Source: an uncultured Prevotella sp. (lineage in GTDB: Bacteria > Bacteroidota > Bacteroidia > Bacteroidales > Bacteroidaceae). From it: a stretch of 64,000 bases of DNA. A program made the translations under genes and the position numbers. This document shows, piece by piece, positions 48,061 to 57,532 of this stretch. The notes below the pieces were generated by a model. It did not search any database. It saw only the letters and a list, made by a program, of their open reading frames with translations, and was not told where the DNA came from. Within the stretch, counting starts at the first letter, position 1; each line of letters begins with the position of its first letter. The stretch is taken from the NCBI GenBank assembly GCA_946404405.1, contig CAMJDL010000007.1, forward strand, positions 3,711-67,710, written 5' to 3'.

Positions 48061-51060
48061 TTAGAACGTAACGTCAAGACCAAGTACGAATGTCTTTGAT
48101 ACAGGATAGATACCATAACCCATACCATCAGTACCGCGCTCAGGATCCCAGAAGTTCACGTCGTGGAAAGTATAGAGGTTCAAAGCACTTCCATATACCT
48201 TAACGGTCTGGAGGCCAATCTTGCCAATCAATGTACGAGGCACACTGTATGACAGCGTAATATCCTTGATACGGAAATAGTCACCCTTCTCAATATAGCG
48301 ATTTGAAGAGAAGCTATAAGAGTTAGTTGCATTACCAGCGATAGGCTTGGGGTTACAACCTGTATCACCCGGTTTCTTCCAGTAATTCAAAGCACTCTTG
48401 GCTTGGTTTATTGACATCTGGTTACCGTCAGACTGCAGGTAACGGTTCTCGATAATGAGCACCTTATTACCACCCTTGAACTCACCAACTACACTCAGAG
48501 TCAAGTCTTTCCAAGAAATGTTGGTATTGATACCACCGGTATAGGTTGGTTCTGGGCTGCCACTCTTGACATAGGCTGCAGCATTAAAGTCGTTAGTCAA
48601 CTCGCCATCCTCGGTGCGCCACAAAGCCTCACCATTGACGGGGTTCACACCAGCATAGTCTTTCAGCCAGAAGGTAAACAGGCTCTCACCAACAATGTGG
48701 CGCAGACGTGAGTCTTCAGAGTAAGCCATCATCTCATCACCAGCAAGTTCCAGAATCTCTGTCTTGTTGTGTGCGATATTGAAACCAACGCTCCACTTCC
48801 AGTCTTTCTTGTCAATGATTTGTGCATCGAGCTGGAACTCAACACCTGAGTTGCGCATTGAACCGATGTTTGTTGTAGCACTTGCGAAACCAGAGGTGTA
48901 CGACAGTGACTTGTCAAGCAACATATCGGTTGTCTTACGGCTGTAGACATCAAAGCTACCAGAGAGAATCTTCAGGAAACGGAAGTCAAGACCGATGTTC
49001 CATGTATAGTTCTTCTCCCATGACAATTTGGGGTTGGCGGGAGTAGAAGGACGAAGACCAGTAGCACCATTGTAAGCTGTAGAGGTGTAGGTACCGTACT
49101 GCTGATAAACGGCAATATTATTATTACCATTGACACCATAGCTGGCGCGCAGTTTCAAAGTATTGATCCAGTTCAGGTTCTGCAAGAATTTCTCATTGTG
49201 GATGTTCCATGATGCACCAAGTGCCCAGAATGTACCCCACTGAGAATCCTGTCCGAAGAGCGAGCTACCATCGGCACGAATACTGGCCTGGAAGTAGTAG
49301 CGGTTGTCATAGTTATAATCCAGGATTCCGAACCAGGACATCATGGTGCGGGTCATCTGGTAGTCCTCTACCTGCATGTCATCAGCAATACCTGATACGT
49401 GGTAAGGAATCTGTGGGTTCAAGCCGTCAGACATCTCCCAAACCATCCAATAATGATATTTGTTAGCTTCCTGGCCACCCAATACACGCAGATTGTGCTT
49501 ATCGAAGAAAGTATCCTGATATGTAATGGTGTTAGAAGTTGTCAAGTTACGATACTGAGCCTGAATGGTCTGCAGTTTCGGATATCCGGCAGCATAGTTA
49601 TGAGCTTCGTTTGACCAATAACGGCGGCTCTCAGTTGAACTGATTTCTGCAGCGTTAGTAGTCTTCAAAGTCAACTGTTTGATAGGTTTCCACTCCAAAT
49701 AGAAGCTACCGTTGAAATTGTACTTCTTCTGCCACTGATCGTCGTAGGCAGCAGTAGCACGTGGGTTCGAGTTAGAGTTCTCAGGAATAGCTGAATTGAA
49801 GTCGCCATTTTCATCATATCTTGGAGTCCAAGGCAGAATGGTCATACCTGCGAAAGCAGGGTTGCTGTAATACAAGCTCTGCATAGGAACGTCTTCGGTA
49901 TAGCTATAACCTGCATTCGTACGGACACCGGTCTTCAGCCACTTGTTGATTTCGTGGTCAACGTTGACACGAGCAGACATACGCTGGAAACCCACTCCGT
50001 AGTAGATACCCTCCTGATTGGTATAAGCCAGAGAGTTGTAGTACTTTGTCTTAGCATTACCACCAGACATGTTAATCTCGTACTCCTGCATCTTACCCTG
50101 ACGAGTGAAGTGATCCATCCAGTTGGTCTGATCACGAGTCAGCAACTCGTAGGGGCGATAGTATGAAGCACCTGCTGTGGGGTTATCAGGATCCTTACCA
50201 GCATTACGCACAGCGTCGCGCTGATACTCTAACAGCTCCTGACCACTCATTACGCCGTAATTGTTGTCATTAGCCAGTGTTGAGATACCAAACTTAACAC
50301 GTGCGGTGAAGTGGCTCTTGCCTTCCTTACCACTCTTAGTGGTAATCAGAATCACACCATTAGCAGCACGACTACCGTAAACAGAAGCTGCAGCAGCATC
50401 TTTCAGCACAGTGATTGACTCAATATCGTCAGGATTAATCATTGACAATGGGTTGGTGCCATTCACCATGTCATCGTCACCGCCATTTGTCAACGTACCT
50501 GTCATGATGGGAATACCGTCAACGACATAAAGGGGTTGGTTACCAGCATTAATAGAGCTGGTACCACGGATACGGATGTCAGATGCAGAACCAGGCTGTC
50601 CTGATTGCTGTGTAACTGACACACCAGCCATTTTACCACTCAACATCTTGTCAACAGAAATGGCAGGGATGTCCTCAATTTGACCACTGCTCAATGACGT
50701 GATAGAACCCGTCTTAGCCTCGCGGCGCTGCGTACCATAACCTACGACGATCACCTCATCAAGAGCCTTCTGGTCGTTGGTTAAGATAATACGCATGTTG
50801 GGGCGGGCACTTACCTCGATGGGTTCCATACCTACGTATGTAATACGCAAGGTATTCTTACCAGCCGGTGCCGTCAGCGAGAACTTACCGTTAGCATCAG
50901 TAATGGCACCAATATTCGTTCCAACTACGAGGACACTTGCACCCACAACGGGTTCATTGTCTTCCTGAGCGATAACGGTACCATTAACCTTGGTCTGGGC
51001 CAGCGCTGTTCCTACCATCAGGAGCATCGCAGCCAGAAGCATTGTTAATCTTTGTTTCAT
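48061..51060 (-). CDS. SusC/RagA TonB-dependent outer-membrane transporter
   Basis: LDEVIVVGYG, IRIRGTSSI..PLYVVDG, INPDDIESITVLKDAAAASVYGSRAANGVILITTK, LSWEK and terminal Phe. Confidence 0.97.
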   Translation of the reverse strand: MKQRLTMLLAAMLLMVGTALAQTKVNGTVIAQEDNEPVVGASVLVVGTNIGAITDANGKFSLTAPAGKNTLRITYVGMEPIEVSARPNMRIILTNDQKALDEVIVVGYGTQRREAKTGSITSLSSGQIEDIPAISVDKMLSGKMAGVSVTQQSGQPGSASDIRIRGTSSINAGNQPLYVVDGIPIMTGTLTNGGDDDMVNGTNPLSMINPDDIESITVLKDAAAASVYGSRAANGVILITTKSGKEGKSHFTARVKFGISTLANDNNYGVMSGQELLEYQRDAVRNAGKDPDNPTAGASYYRPYELLTRDQTNWMDHFTRQGKMQEYEINMSGGNAKTKYYNSLAYTNQEGIYYGVGFQRMSARVNVDHEINKWLKTGVRTNAGYSYTEDVPMQSLYYSNPAFAGMTILPWTPRYDENGDFNSAIPENSNSNPRATAAYDDQWQKKYNFNGSFYLEWKPIKQLTLKTTNAAEISSTESRRYWSNEAHNYAAGYPKLQTIQAQYRNLTTSNTITYQDTFFDKHNLRVLGGQEANKYHYWMVWEMSDGLNPQIPYHVSGIADDMQVEDYQMTRTMMSWFGILDYNYDNRYYFQASIRADGSSLFGQDSQWGTFWALGASWNIHNEKFLQNLNWINTLKLRASYGVNGNNNIAVYQQYGTYTSTAYNGATGLRPSTPANPKLSWEKNYTWNIGLDFRFLKILSGSFDVYSRKTTDMLLDKSLSYTSGFASATTNIGSMRNSGVEFQLDAQIIDKKDWKWSVGFNIAHNKTEILELAGDEMMAYSEDSRLRHIVGESLFTFWLKDYAGVNPVNGEALWRTEDGELTNDFNAAAYVKSGSPEPTYTGGINTNISWKDLTLSVVGEFKGGNKVLIIENRYLQSDGNQMSINQAKSALNYWKKPGDTGCNPKPIAGNATNSYSFSSNRYIEKGDYFRIKDITLSYSVPRTLIGKIGLQTVKVYGSALNLYTFHDVNFWDPERGTDGMGYGIYPVSKTFVLGLDVTF

Positions 51061-51355
51061 AAATCTCTCTCGTTTTAATTATTAATTAATGTGTTTGAAA
51101 ATATTAGTTTTCTCTTACAATTTGACATGCAGGCACTATGATTCCTTACATTTTGCGACAATATCGGGTGCAAAAATAAATAATAAAAAGGAAAACACAA
51201 AAGATTTTATTAATTTTTTTAAATAAATCGCAATTTAATTAACGAAAAACAAGTATTTTGCGGATAAATATGCTAAAAAGAGCGCAAAAAATTGCATAGC
51301 ATGCCTTGTTAGGCACGACAAAACAAATATAATATTTAATGTACGCGCGAGGGGA

Positions 51356-52216
51356 TTACTTGACGAGTATCACCAGATACTTGCTGGTTGACCAGAACAA
51401 CTGGGGATTCTGGATGCGCAGGACATACTGCTTTTGAGCATCTTGTTCAAGCGTATAGCTGGAAGCTGGATGTGAGGTCAGCAACTTAGCAGAACGGCTA
51501 TAGAGACGGATTTCCTTATCGACACGAATATCAATCTTGGTAAAATACTCACGATTGAAGTTCGACTGTAACACCTTTCCGTCCTGAATGATATGCTGCT
51601 CCTTAAGTTCCGACTTCGTGCCATAAACAAACCAAGCCGTATTCAATTGTTTATCCTGGTTAGATATGGTTTGCGACTTCTGGGTTGTCTCCTCTCTCAA
51701 AGTACTCACATTATTAGAAAGATCCTCAACTTTTTCTGTCAGTTCACCAATCTGCACATCTTTAGCCTGCAATTCGGCCTGTAGCTGTCGAACCTGAGCA
51801 TCCTTCTCTTCCATCTGGCGAGTCAGATTATCAATCGTTCGTTTCAGCTGTTCACTATTGACAGAGCCCTGACGAACCTGATTACGAAGTTTGTTGATTA
51901 ATTCACGGTTCTGCTGCATCGCATCCTGAATATATTGCATATTCTCACGAATACGTTCTGTAGAAGACACACCCTCCATTTCACGAGCTACAGAGACACG
52001 CTGTTCAGCCTCATTAATGGCACGGAATCCCGCTTCAATATCGTTCATCGTACCCATAATATCGTTGATTTCATTATCCTTCTGCTGGATAATGCTCTCC
52101 AAGGAGTCACGCTCTTGTGCAAAAGCCAAATCTTTTGTGTTATCAGTTTTTTGGCCGCATCCCGACATCATTGCGACGAAGGCAGCGAGGTAAAATACAA
52201 TCTTTTTCATATTCAT
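51356..52216 (-). CDS. Coiled-coil lipoprotein (resembles the Bacteroidales Cbp1-like family found next to rsmI)
   Basis: Lipobox MSGC, long heptad coiled coil, C-terminal WFVYGTKSELK...FWSTSKYLVILVK. Confidence 0.65.
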   Translation of the reverse strand: MNMKKIVFYLAAFVAMMSGCGQKTDNTKDLAFAQERDSLESIIQQKDNEINDIMGTMNDIEAGFRAINEAEQRVSVAREMEGVSSTERIRENMQYIQDAMQQNRELINKLRNQVRQGSVNSEQLKRTIDNLTRQMEEKDAQVRQLQAELQAKDVQIGELTEKVEDLSNNVSTLREETTQKSQTISNQDKQLNTAWFVYGTKSELKEQHIIQDGKVLQSNFNREYFTKIDIRVDKEIRLYSRSAKLLTSHPASSYTLEQDAQKQYVLRIQNPQLFWSTSKYLVILVK

Positions 52217-52887
52217 TTATTTATTCCACTTACTACAATAACAAATTCGCCCCGTGGTTCATGCGCTTGGAAATGGGCAATGACTTCTGCTAATGTGCCT
52301 CGCACACTCTCCTCATGAACTTTGGAGATTTCACGACACACGCTCACTTGACGATCCGATCCAAACACCTCACTAAACTGCTGTAATGTCTTAAGTACCC
52401 GATAAGGCGACTCATAGAACACCATCGTACGTTCTTCATTAGCAAGTGACTGCAACTTGGTCTGACGTCCTTTTTTCTGTGGCAAAAAGCCCTCAAAACA
52501 GAAACGGTCACAAGGCAAACCACTCGACACCAAAGCCGGCACAAAGGCTGTAGCACCTGGCAATGTCTGAACCTCGATGCCCGCACGCACAGCCTCGCGA
52601 ACCAGAAAGAAGCCAGGATCGGAGATTCCTGGAGTACCTGCATCGCTGATAAGGGCCACCATCTGTCCAGCCTGCAGACGTTCAATAACGGAAGCAGACG
52701 TACCATGTTCGTTGAACTTATGGTGTGAGAGAAGATGTTGTTTGATATCAAAATGCTTCAGCAGAATGCCCGAGGTACGGGTATCTTCTGCCAGCACGAC
52801 ATCGGCTTCCTTCAGTATCCGGATGGCCCTTAATGTCATATCCTCCATATTGCCCACAGGCGTGGGTACTATATACAATATGCCCAT
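52213..52887 (-). CDS. rsmI: 16S rRNA (cytidine1402-2'-O)-methyltransferase
   Basis: LYIVPTPVGNMEDMT, AEDTR, SDAGTPGISDPG, FYESPYR and REISKVHEE. Confidence 0.96.
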   Translation of the reverse strand: MGILYIVPTPVGNMEDMTLRAIRILKEADVVLAEDTRTSGILLKHFDIKQHLLSHHKFNEHGTSASVIERLQAGQMVALISDAGTPGISDPGFFLVREAVRAGIEVQTLPGATAFVPALVSSGLPCDRFCFEGFLPQKKGRQTKLQSLANEERTMVFYESPYRVLKTLQQFSEVFGSDRQVSVCREISKVHEESVRGTLAEVIAHFQAHEPRGEFVIVVSGINK

Positions 52888-52959
52888 TTCGGGTGCAAAA
52901 TTACAAAATAATTATGAATTATGCATTATGAATTGTGAATTATTTCGTATCTTTGCAGC

Positions 52960-53577
52960 ATGATTACATATCCAGCATCGGGCGAGGCACGCCGCCCAGG
53001 AAGAATTGAAGTCGTATGCGGCTCTATGTTCTCCGGCAAGACCGAAGAACTAATCCGTCGTCTGCGCCGTGCCCAATTTGCTAAACAGAAGGTTGAAATC
53101 TTCAAGCCTGCTATCGACACTCGCTATAGCGACGAAGAGGTGGTAAGTCATGACCATAATGCCATTCCCTCTACCCCACTCGACTCGTCAGCCAGCATTC
53201 TTTTGCTATCAAGCGATATCGACGTAGTAGGTATTGACGAGGCCCAGTTCTTTGACATGGGACTTGTAGAAGTGTGCAACGAATTGGCTAACAGAGGCGT
53301 ACGCGTCATTATTGCAGGGCTCGACATGGACTATAAAGGTATTCCTTTTGGACCCATGCCTGCCTTATGTGCCATTGCCGATGACGTCACGAAAGTACAT
53401 GCCATCTGCGTTAAATGCGGTTCGCTGGCCTATGTCAGTCACCGTACCGTCGATAATGACAAACGTGTATTGTTAGGTGAAACGCAGGAGTATGAGCCCC
53501 TCTGCCGCGAGTGTTATCAGCAAGCAATAGCCGAAGAAGCCAAAGAAAAGGCCAAAAATGAAAAAACATCGCAATAA
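52960..53577 (+). CDS. tdk: Thymidine kinase
   Basis: [25 protein letters not shown] and CVKC...YEPLCREC zinc site. Confidence 0.96.
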   Translation: MITYPASGEARRPGRIEVVCGSMFSGKTEELIRRLRRAQFAKQKVEIFKPAIDTRYSDEEVVSHDHNAIPSTPLDSSASILLLSSDIDVVGIDEAQFFDMGLVEVCNELANRGVRVIIAGLDMDYKGIPFGPMPALCAIADDVTKVHAICVKCGSLAYVSHRTVDNDKRVLLGETQEYEPLCRECYQQAIAEEAKEKAKNEKTSQ

Positions 53578-53643
53578 ATTTGGCTATTTCAAAAAAACGT
53601 TGTACCTTTGCAACCGCTTTCGTAAGAATGCACTATAAAGGTT

Positions 53644-53716
53644 GATCCGTTAGCTCAGTTGGTAGAGCACAACACTTTTAATGTTGGGGTCTTGGGTTCG
53701 AGCCCCAAACGGATCA
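53644..53716 (+). tRNA. tRNA-Lys(TTT)
   Basis: GATCCGT TA GCTC AGTTGGTA GAGC A CAACA CTTTTAA TGTTG GGGTC TTGGG TTCGAGC CCCAA ACGGATC A cloverleaf. Confidence 0.96.
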
Positions 53717-53717
53717 C

Positions 53718-53748
53718 AAAAAAGAGGTCTCTTGACCTCTTTTTTTTT
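53718..53748. terminator. Bidirectional terminator after tRNA-Lys and GH30
   Basis: AAAAAAGAGGTC-tctt-GACCTCTTTTTTTTT. Confidence 0.85.
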
Positions 53749-55294
53749 ATTTACTACCCTTAACAAAGACTACCTTGGAAGAACCGTCTGAACGTTTCTC
53801 GATGCACAGTCCTTTCGGTTTATCCAGACGACGGCCTTGTAGGTCGAAATAGGTTTTGGGGGCTTCGACTGATGTTTGCTTCACGCTTTCAATAGCAGCT
53901 TCACCCTTGTCAATCATAAAAATATAGGTATTAAGGCTTCGAGCAGGCAAACTGACAGTCACTTCATTGACGGGTTCGTCAATGGCAATAGGACTCTCCT
54001 GACAGAGGTTCGCAGTTTCATTACCTGTTGACAGGAGATGTATACCGCTCTTCACTTTAGTAGGCAGTATCAGCTTCAAATCCTGAGTGTACTTAGTGGT
54101 ATCAATTGCCATCACAATAAGCGAATCGCCCTTGATGTATGCAGATGCCTCGTACGGAGCATTTGTAACGGCGGCAATTCCCTTTGTCTGCAGACGAGTA
54201 GAGCCAGTAACATGCTTCGAGAAGTGGGACATAACATAGGCGCGAGGCAATAGTTTATTCTTGGTATTGCCTGCAATTGTGTATTTCTTGCCATCAATCT
54301 CAATAGGCTCGCCTGTTCCAACAAAGGCCCAATGCGCACGCATATACCAATATATATATCCCGTACAGCCAGCTTGCATACACTCGTTCAACTCCTCGGC
54401 AAAGAGCAGCTGTTCGTGCCAGTTAGGCAGTCGGGCACCAATATTGTCTGTCGCAGAATGCTCTGTCATCCAGACCTCCTTACCATATTTGAGAGGAAGA
54501 ACAGCCGATTTCTTCATATATTCAAGGGGTGCATGACCATAGAGGTGTCCTGCCACAATATCGATTTGTTCACGACACGTCGGGTCCTCCATAAGTGGGT
54601 CAGTATAGTTTTGGGTAAAGCCAAGGCTCTCACCACTAATCAGTTTAACGCCAGGATAGGTCTCTCGGTCCAGCATCCATGCATAGTTCTTGACAAGCTT
54701 TACCAAATCCTGAGGATCGTAGAGACAACCGGAATAGCTGACCCACCAGTCGGGCTCGTTCTGAATAGACACAGCATCAACGTTGACACCGTTCTTCTTC
54801 ATCCAAGCTAAGAAAGTATTCAGCCAAGGGAAGAATTTTTCGTAACAGTCAGTACGCAGCTTGCCACGTTTGTTGCCCTGATCAGCGGCATTACCGCCTT
54901 GTGCGGTACCATTGGTTTTATATTCACCAGGAGGCGACCAAGGCGTACCAAACACGATGCCACCACGCTGTTTGACAATCTTGGCCGAAGGCAGAGAGCC
55001 ATTCCAATCGTATGGCGAATCCCAGTTTCCCCATTCAGGAACCCTGATGTCGCCTTCAAAATTGGGCGATATCTCCATGCGCATAATATTCAACCCAATT
55101 TTGGACTGAGGACCATAAAGCAGTTTCACAGGATTGGTATCTGAGCCAAACGGACACATAGCGCCATCGCAACAGGCTGCGCCAAAGCCGGTAATGGTCT
55201 GCAGACGGTTATCGGTCACCGTCAGCGTTATCGTAACTGCATGGAGAAACGAAACCGCAGCCAACATTATAACAGTAGTAACAAACTTTTTCAT
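53747..55294 (-). CDS. GH30 glycoside hydrolase (glucuronoxylanase/GH30_8-like) with T9SS-like CTD
   Basis: QTITGFGA, TPWSPPGEYKTNG, SIQNEPDW, VWMTEH and YWYMR. Start moved to ATG 55294 (signal peptide) because the upstream extension is translated repeat. Confidence 0.85.
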   Translation of the reverse strand: MKKFVTTVIMLAAVSFLHAVTITLTVTDNRLQTITGFGAACCDGAMCPFGSDTNPVKLLYGPQSKIGLNIMRMEISPNFEGDIRVPEWGNWDSPYDWNGSLPSAKIVKQRGGIVFGTPWSPPGEYKTNGTAQGGNAADQGNKRGKLRTDCYEKFFPWLNTFLAWMKKNGVNVDAVSIQNEPDWWVSYSGCLYDPQDLVKLVKNYAWMLDRETYPGVKLISGESLGFTQNYTDPLMEDPTCREQIDIVAGHLYGHAPLEYMKKSAVLPLKYGKEVWMTEHSATDNIGARLPNWHEQLLFAEELNECMQAGCTGYIYWYMRAHWAFVGTGEPIEIDGKKYTIAGNTKNKLLPRAYVMSHFSKHVTGSTRLQTKGIAAVTNAPYEASAYIKGDSLIVMAIDTTKYTQDLKLILPTKVKSGIHLLSTGNETANLCQESPIAIDEPVNEVTVSLPARSLNTYIFMIDKGEAAIESVKQTSVEAPKTYFDLQGRRLDKPKGLCIEKRSDGSSKVVFVKGSK

Positions 55295-55331
55295 TGATGT
55301 TGATAATAAAATCGGCTGCAAAGATACGTAA

Positions 55332-55365
55332 AAAAGTGAAAAGTGAAAAGTGAAAAGTGAAAAAT
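55332..55365 (+). repeat. Heptamer array (AAAAGTG) x4 between divergent GH30 and metG promoters
   Basis: aaaagtg aaaagtg aaaagtg aaaagtg aaaaatt. Confidence 0.9.
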
Positions 55366-55436
55366 TTGCTACTGCCATTGTCATTTTTCATTTTTTTTCG
55401 TAATTTTGCAGCCAAAATAAAAATAAAGAAAACAAA

Positions 55437-57503
55437 ATGGGAGAAAAAAAGTTTAAGAGAACAACTGTGACCTCGGCATTGCCCTACGCCAATGGCGGTG
55501 TGCATATCGGTCACCTGGCTGGCGTTTACGTGCCAGCAGATATCTATGTGCGTTACCTTCGTCTGAAGAAGGAGGACGTGATGTTCATTGGCGGTTCTGA
55601 CGAGCACGGTGTGCCCATCACGGTACGTGCCCGCAAAGAAGGTATCACACCACAGGACGTCGTGGACCGCTATCATAAGATGATTAAGGACTCGTTCGAG
55701 GAGTTCGGCATTTCGTTCGATATTTATAGCCGTACGACCTCAGAGACCCACCATAAGTTTGCTGCCGAGTGGTTCCGCAAGCTCTATGACGAGGGCAAAC
55801 TGGTAGAAGAAACTACCGAACAGCTGTACGACGAGGAGGCCAAGCAGTTCCTGGCCGACCGTTATGTGACGGGCGAATGTCCCCACTGCCACAACGAAGG
55901 TGCGTATGGCGACCAGTGTGAGAAGTGCGGACGCGACCTGAGTCCTACGGAATTGATTAACCCCAAGTCGACCATCAGCGGTTCAACACCTGTATTGAAG
56001 GAGACAAAGAACTGGTATCTACCTCTGAATGAATATCAGGAGTGGCTGAAGCAATGGATTCTGGAAGGTCACAAGGAGTGGCGCCCCAATGTCTATGGTC
56101 AATGCAAGTCGTGGTTGGAGATGGATTTGCAGCCCCGTGCTATGACACGCGACCTGAACTGGGGTATCCCCGTGCCCATCGAGGGTGCAGAAGGCAAAGT
56201 GCTGTATGTGTGGTTCGACGCGCCTATCGGTTATGTGTCTAACACGGTAGAATTGTGCGAGAAGGAGCCTGAAAAGTGGGGCTCATGGGAAAAGTGGTGG
56301 CAGGATGAGGACACTCGTCTGGTGCATTTCATCGGTAAGGACAACATCGTGTTCCACTGCATCATCTTCCCCGTCATGATGAAGGCTCACGGCAAATATA
56401 TCATGCCCGACAACGTGCCCTCTAACGAGTTCCTGAATCTGGAGAACGACAAGATTTCCACCTCTCGCAACTGGGCCGTGTGGTTGCACGAATACTTAGA
56501 GGATATGCCTGGCAAGCAGGACGTGCTGCGCTATGTGCTGACTGCCAATGCCCCTGAGACCAAGGACAACAACTTCACTTGGAAGGATTTCCAAGATCGT
56601 AACAACAACGAGCTGGTGGCTGTGTATGGCAATTTCGTAAACCGTGCCCTGCAGCTGACCAAGAAATACTGGAATGGCGTAGTGCCTGCTTGTGGCGAAC
56701 TGAACGACACAGACAAGGCTACCCTTGCTGAATTCAAGGACGTCAAGCAGAAGGTAGAGGCTCTGCTCGACCAGTTTAAGTTCCGCGATGCCCAGTTCGA
56801 GGCTATGAATCTGGCCCGTATCGGTAACCGCTACATCACCGAGTGCGAGCCTTGGAAGGTTTGGAAGTGCGACTGCAAGCGTTGCGAGACCATTCTGAAT
56901 ATTTGCCTGCAATTGACAGCCAACTTGGCTATCGCCTTCGAGCCGTTCCTGCCCTTCTCAAGCAAGAAGCTGCGCGACATGCTGAACCTCGAGAGTTTCG
57001 ACTGGAACGAGCTGGGCTCGACAGACCTGCTGAAGGCTGGTCACAAGCTGGGTGAGCCCGCCCTATTGTTCGAGAAAATTGAGGACGACGCTATCCAGAA
57101 ACAGCTCGACAAGCTGGAGGCCACCAAGAAGGCCAATGAAGCAGCCCAATACAAGGCTGCTCCTATCAAGGACACCGTATCGTTCGAAGACTTCGAGAAG
57201 CTCGATATCCGTGTGGGTCTTATCAAGGACTGCCAGAAGGTAAAGAAGTCGAAGAAGCTCCTTCAGTTTACCATCGACGATGGTTCAGGTACGGACCGCA
57301 CCATCCTTAGTGGTATCGCTGCTTTCTATGACGACCCATCAGTATTGGTTGGCAAGCGCATCCTCTTTGTAGCAAACTTCGCCCCACGTGCCATGATGGG
57401 CATCGAGAGCCAAGGCATGATACTCTCTGCTGTCGACTTCGATGAAAGCCTCAGCGTGGTAACCACGACGAAAGACGTGAAACCAGGAAGCCAAGTCGGT
57501 TAA
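55437..57503 (+). CDS. metG: Methionine--tRNA ligase
   Basis: [13 protein letters not shown], zinc knuckle CPHC/CEKC, YVWFDA, KISTS and C-terminal tRNA-binding domain. Confidence 0.97.
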   Translation: MGEKKFKRTTVTSALPYANGGVHIGHLAGVYVPADIYVRYLRLKKEDVMFIGGSDEHGVPITVRARKEGITPQDVVDRYHKMIKDSFEEFGISFDIYSRTTSETHHKFAAEWFRKLYDEGKLVEETTEQLYDEEAKQFLADRYVTGECPHCHNEGAYGDQCEKCGRDLSPTELINPKSTISGSTPVLKETKNWYLPLNEYQEWLKQWILEGHKEWRPNVYGQCKSWLEMDLQPRAMTRDLNWGIPVPIEGAEGKVLYVWFDAPIGYVSNTVELCEKEPEKWGSWEKWWQDEDTRLVHFIGKDNIVFHCIIFPVMMKAHGKYIMPDNVPSNEFLNLENDKISTSRNWAVWLHEYLEDMPGKQDVLRYVLTANAPETKDNNFTWKDFQDRNNNELVAVYGNFVNRALQLTKKYWNGVVPACGELNDTDKATLAEFKDVKQKVEALLDQFKFRDAQFEAMNLARIGNRYITECEPWKVWKCDCKRCETILNICLQLTANLAIAFEPFLPFSSKKLRDMLNLESFDWNELGSTDLLKAGHKLGEPALLFEKIEDDAIQKQLDKLEATKKANEAAQYKAAPIKDTVSFEDFEKLDIRVGLIKDCQKVKKSKKLLQFTIDDGSGTDRTILSGIAAFYDDPSVLVGKRILFVANFAPRAMMGIESQGMILSAVDFDESLSVVTTTKDVKPGSQVG

Positions 57504-57532
57504 CGGTTATTGGTTAAAGGTTAAGGGTTATG
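57498..57532 (+). repeat. Heptamer array (GGTTAWN) x5
   Basis: ggttaac ggttatt ggttaaa ggttaag ggttatg contains the metG stop and the next start codon. Confidence 0.85.

Noticed and set aside
53644-55294. tRNA-anchored genomic island at tRNA-Lys or tRNA-Pro
   Set aside because: No integrase and no duplicated tRNA 3' end were seen in the window.
55295-55384. ORF-track N-terminal extensions of GH30 (also pssA 38406, GH2 7766, acyltransferase 62458)
   Set aside because: They are translated heptamer repeats or promoter DNA upstream of better starts.
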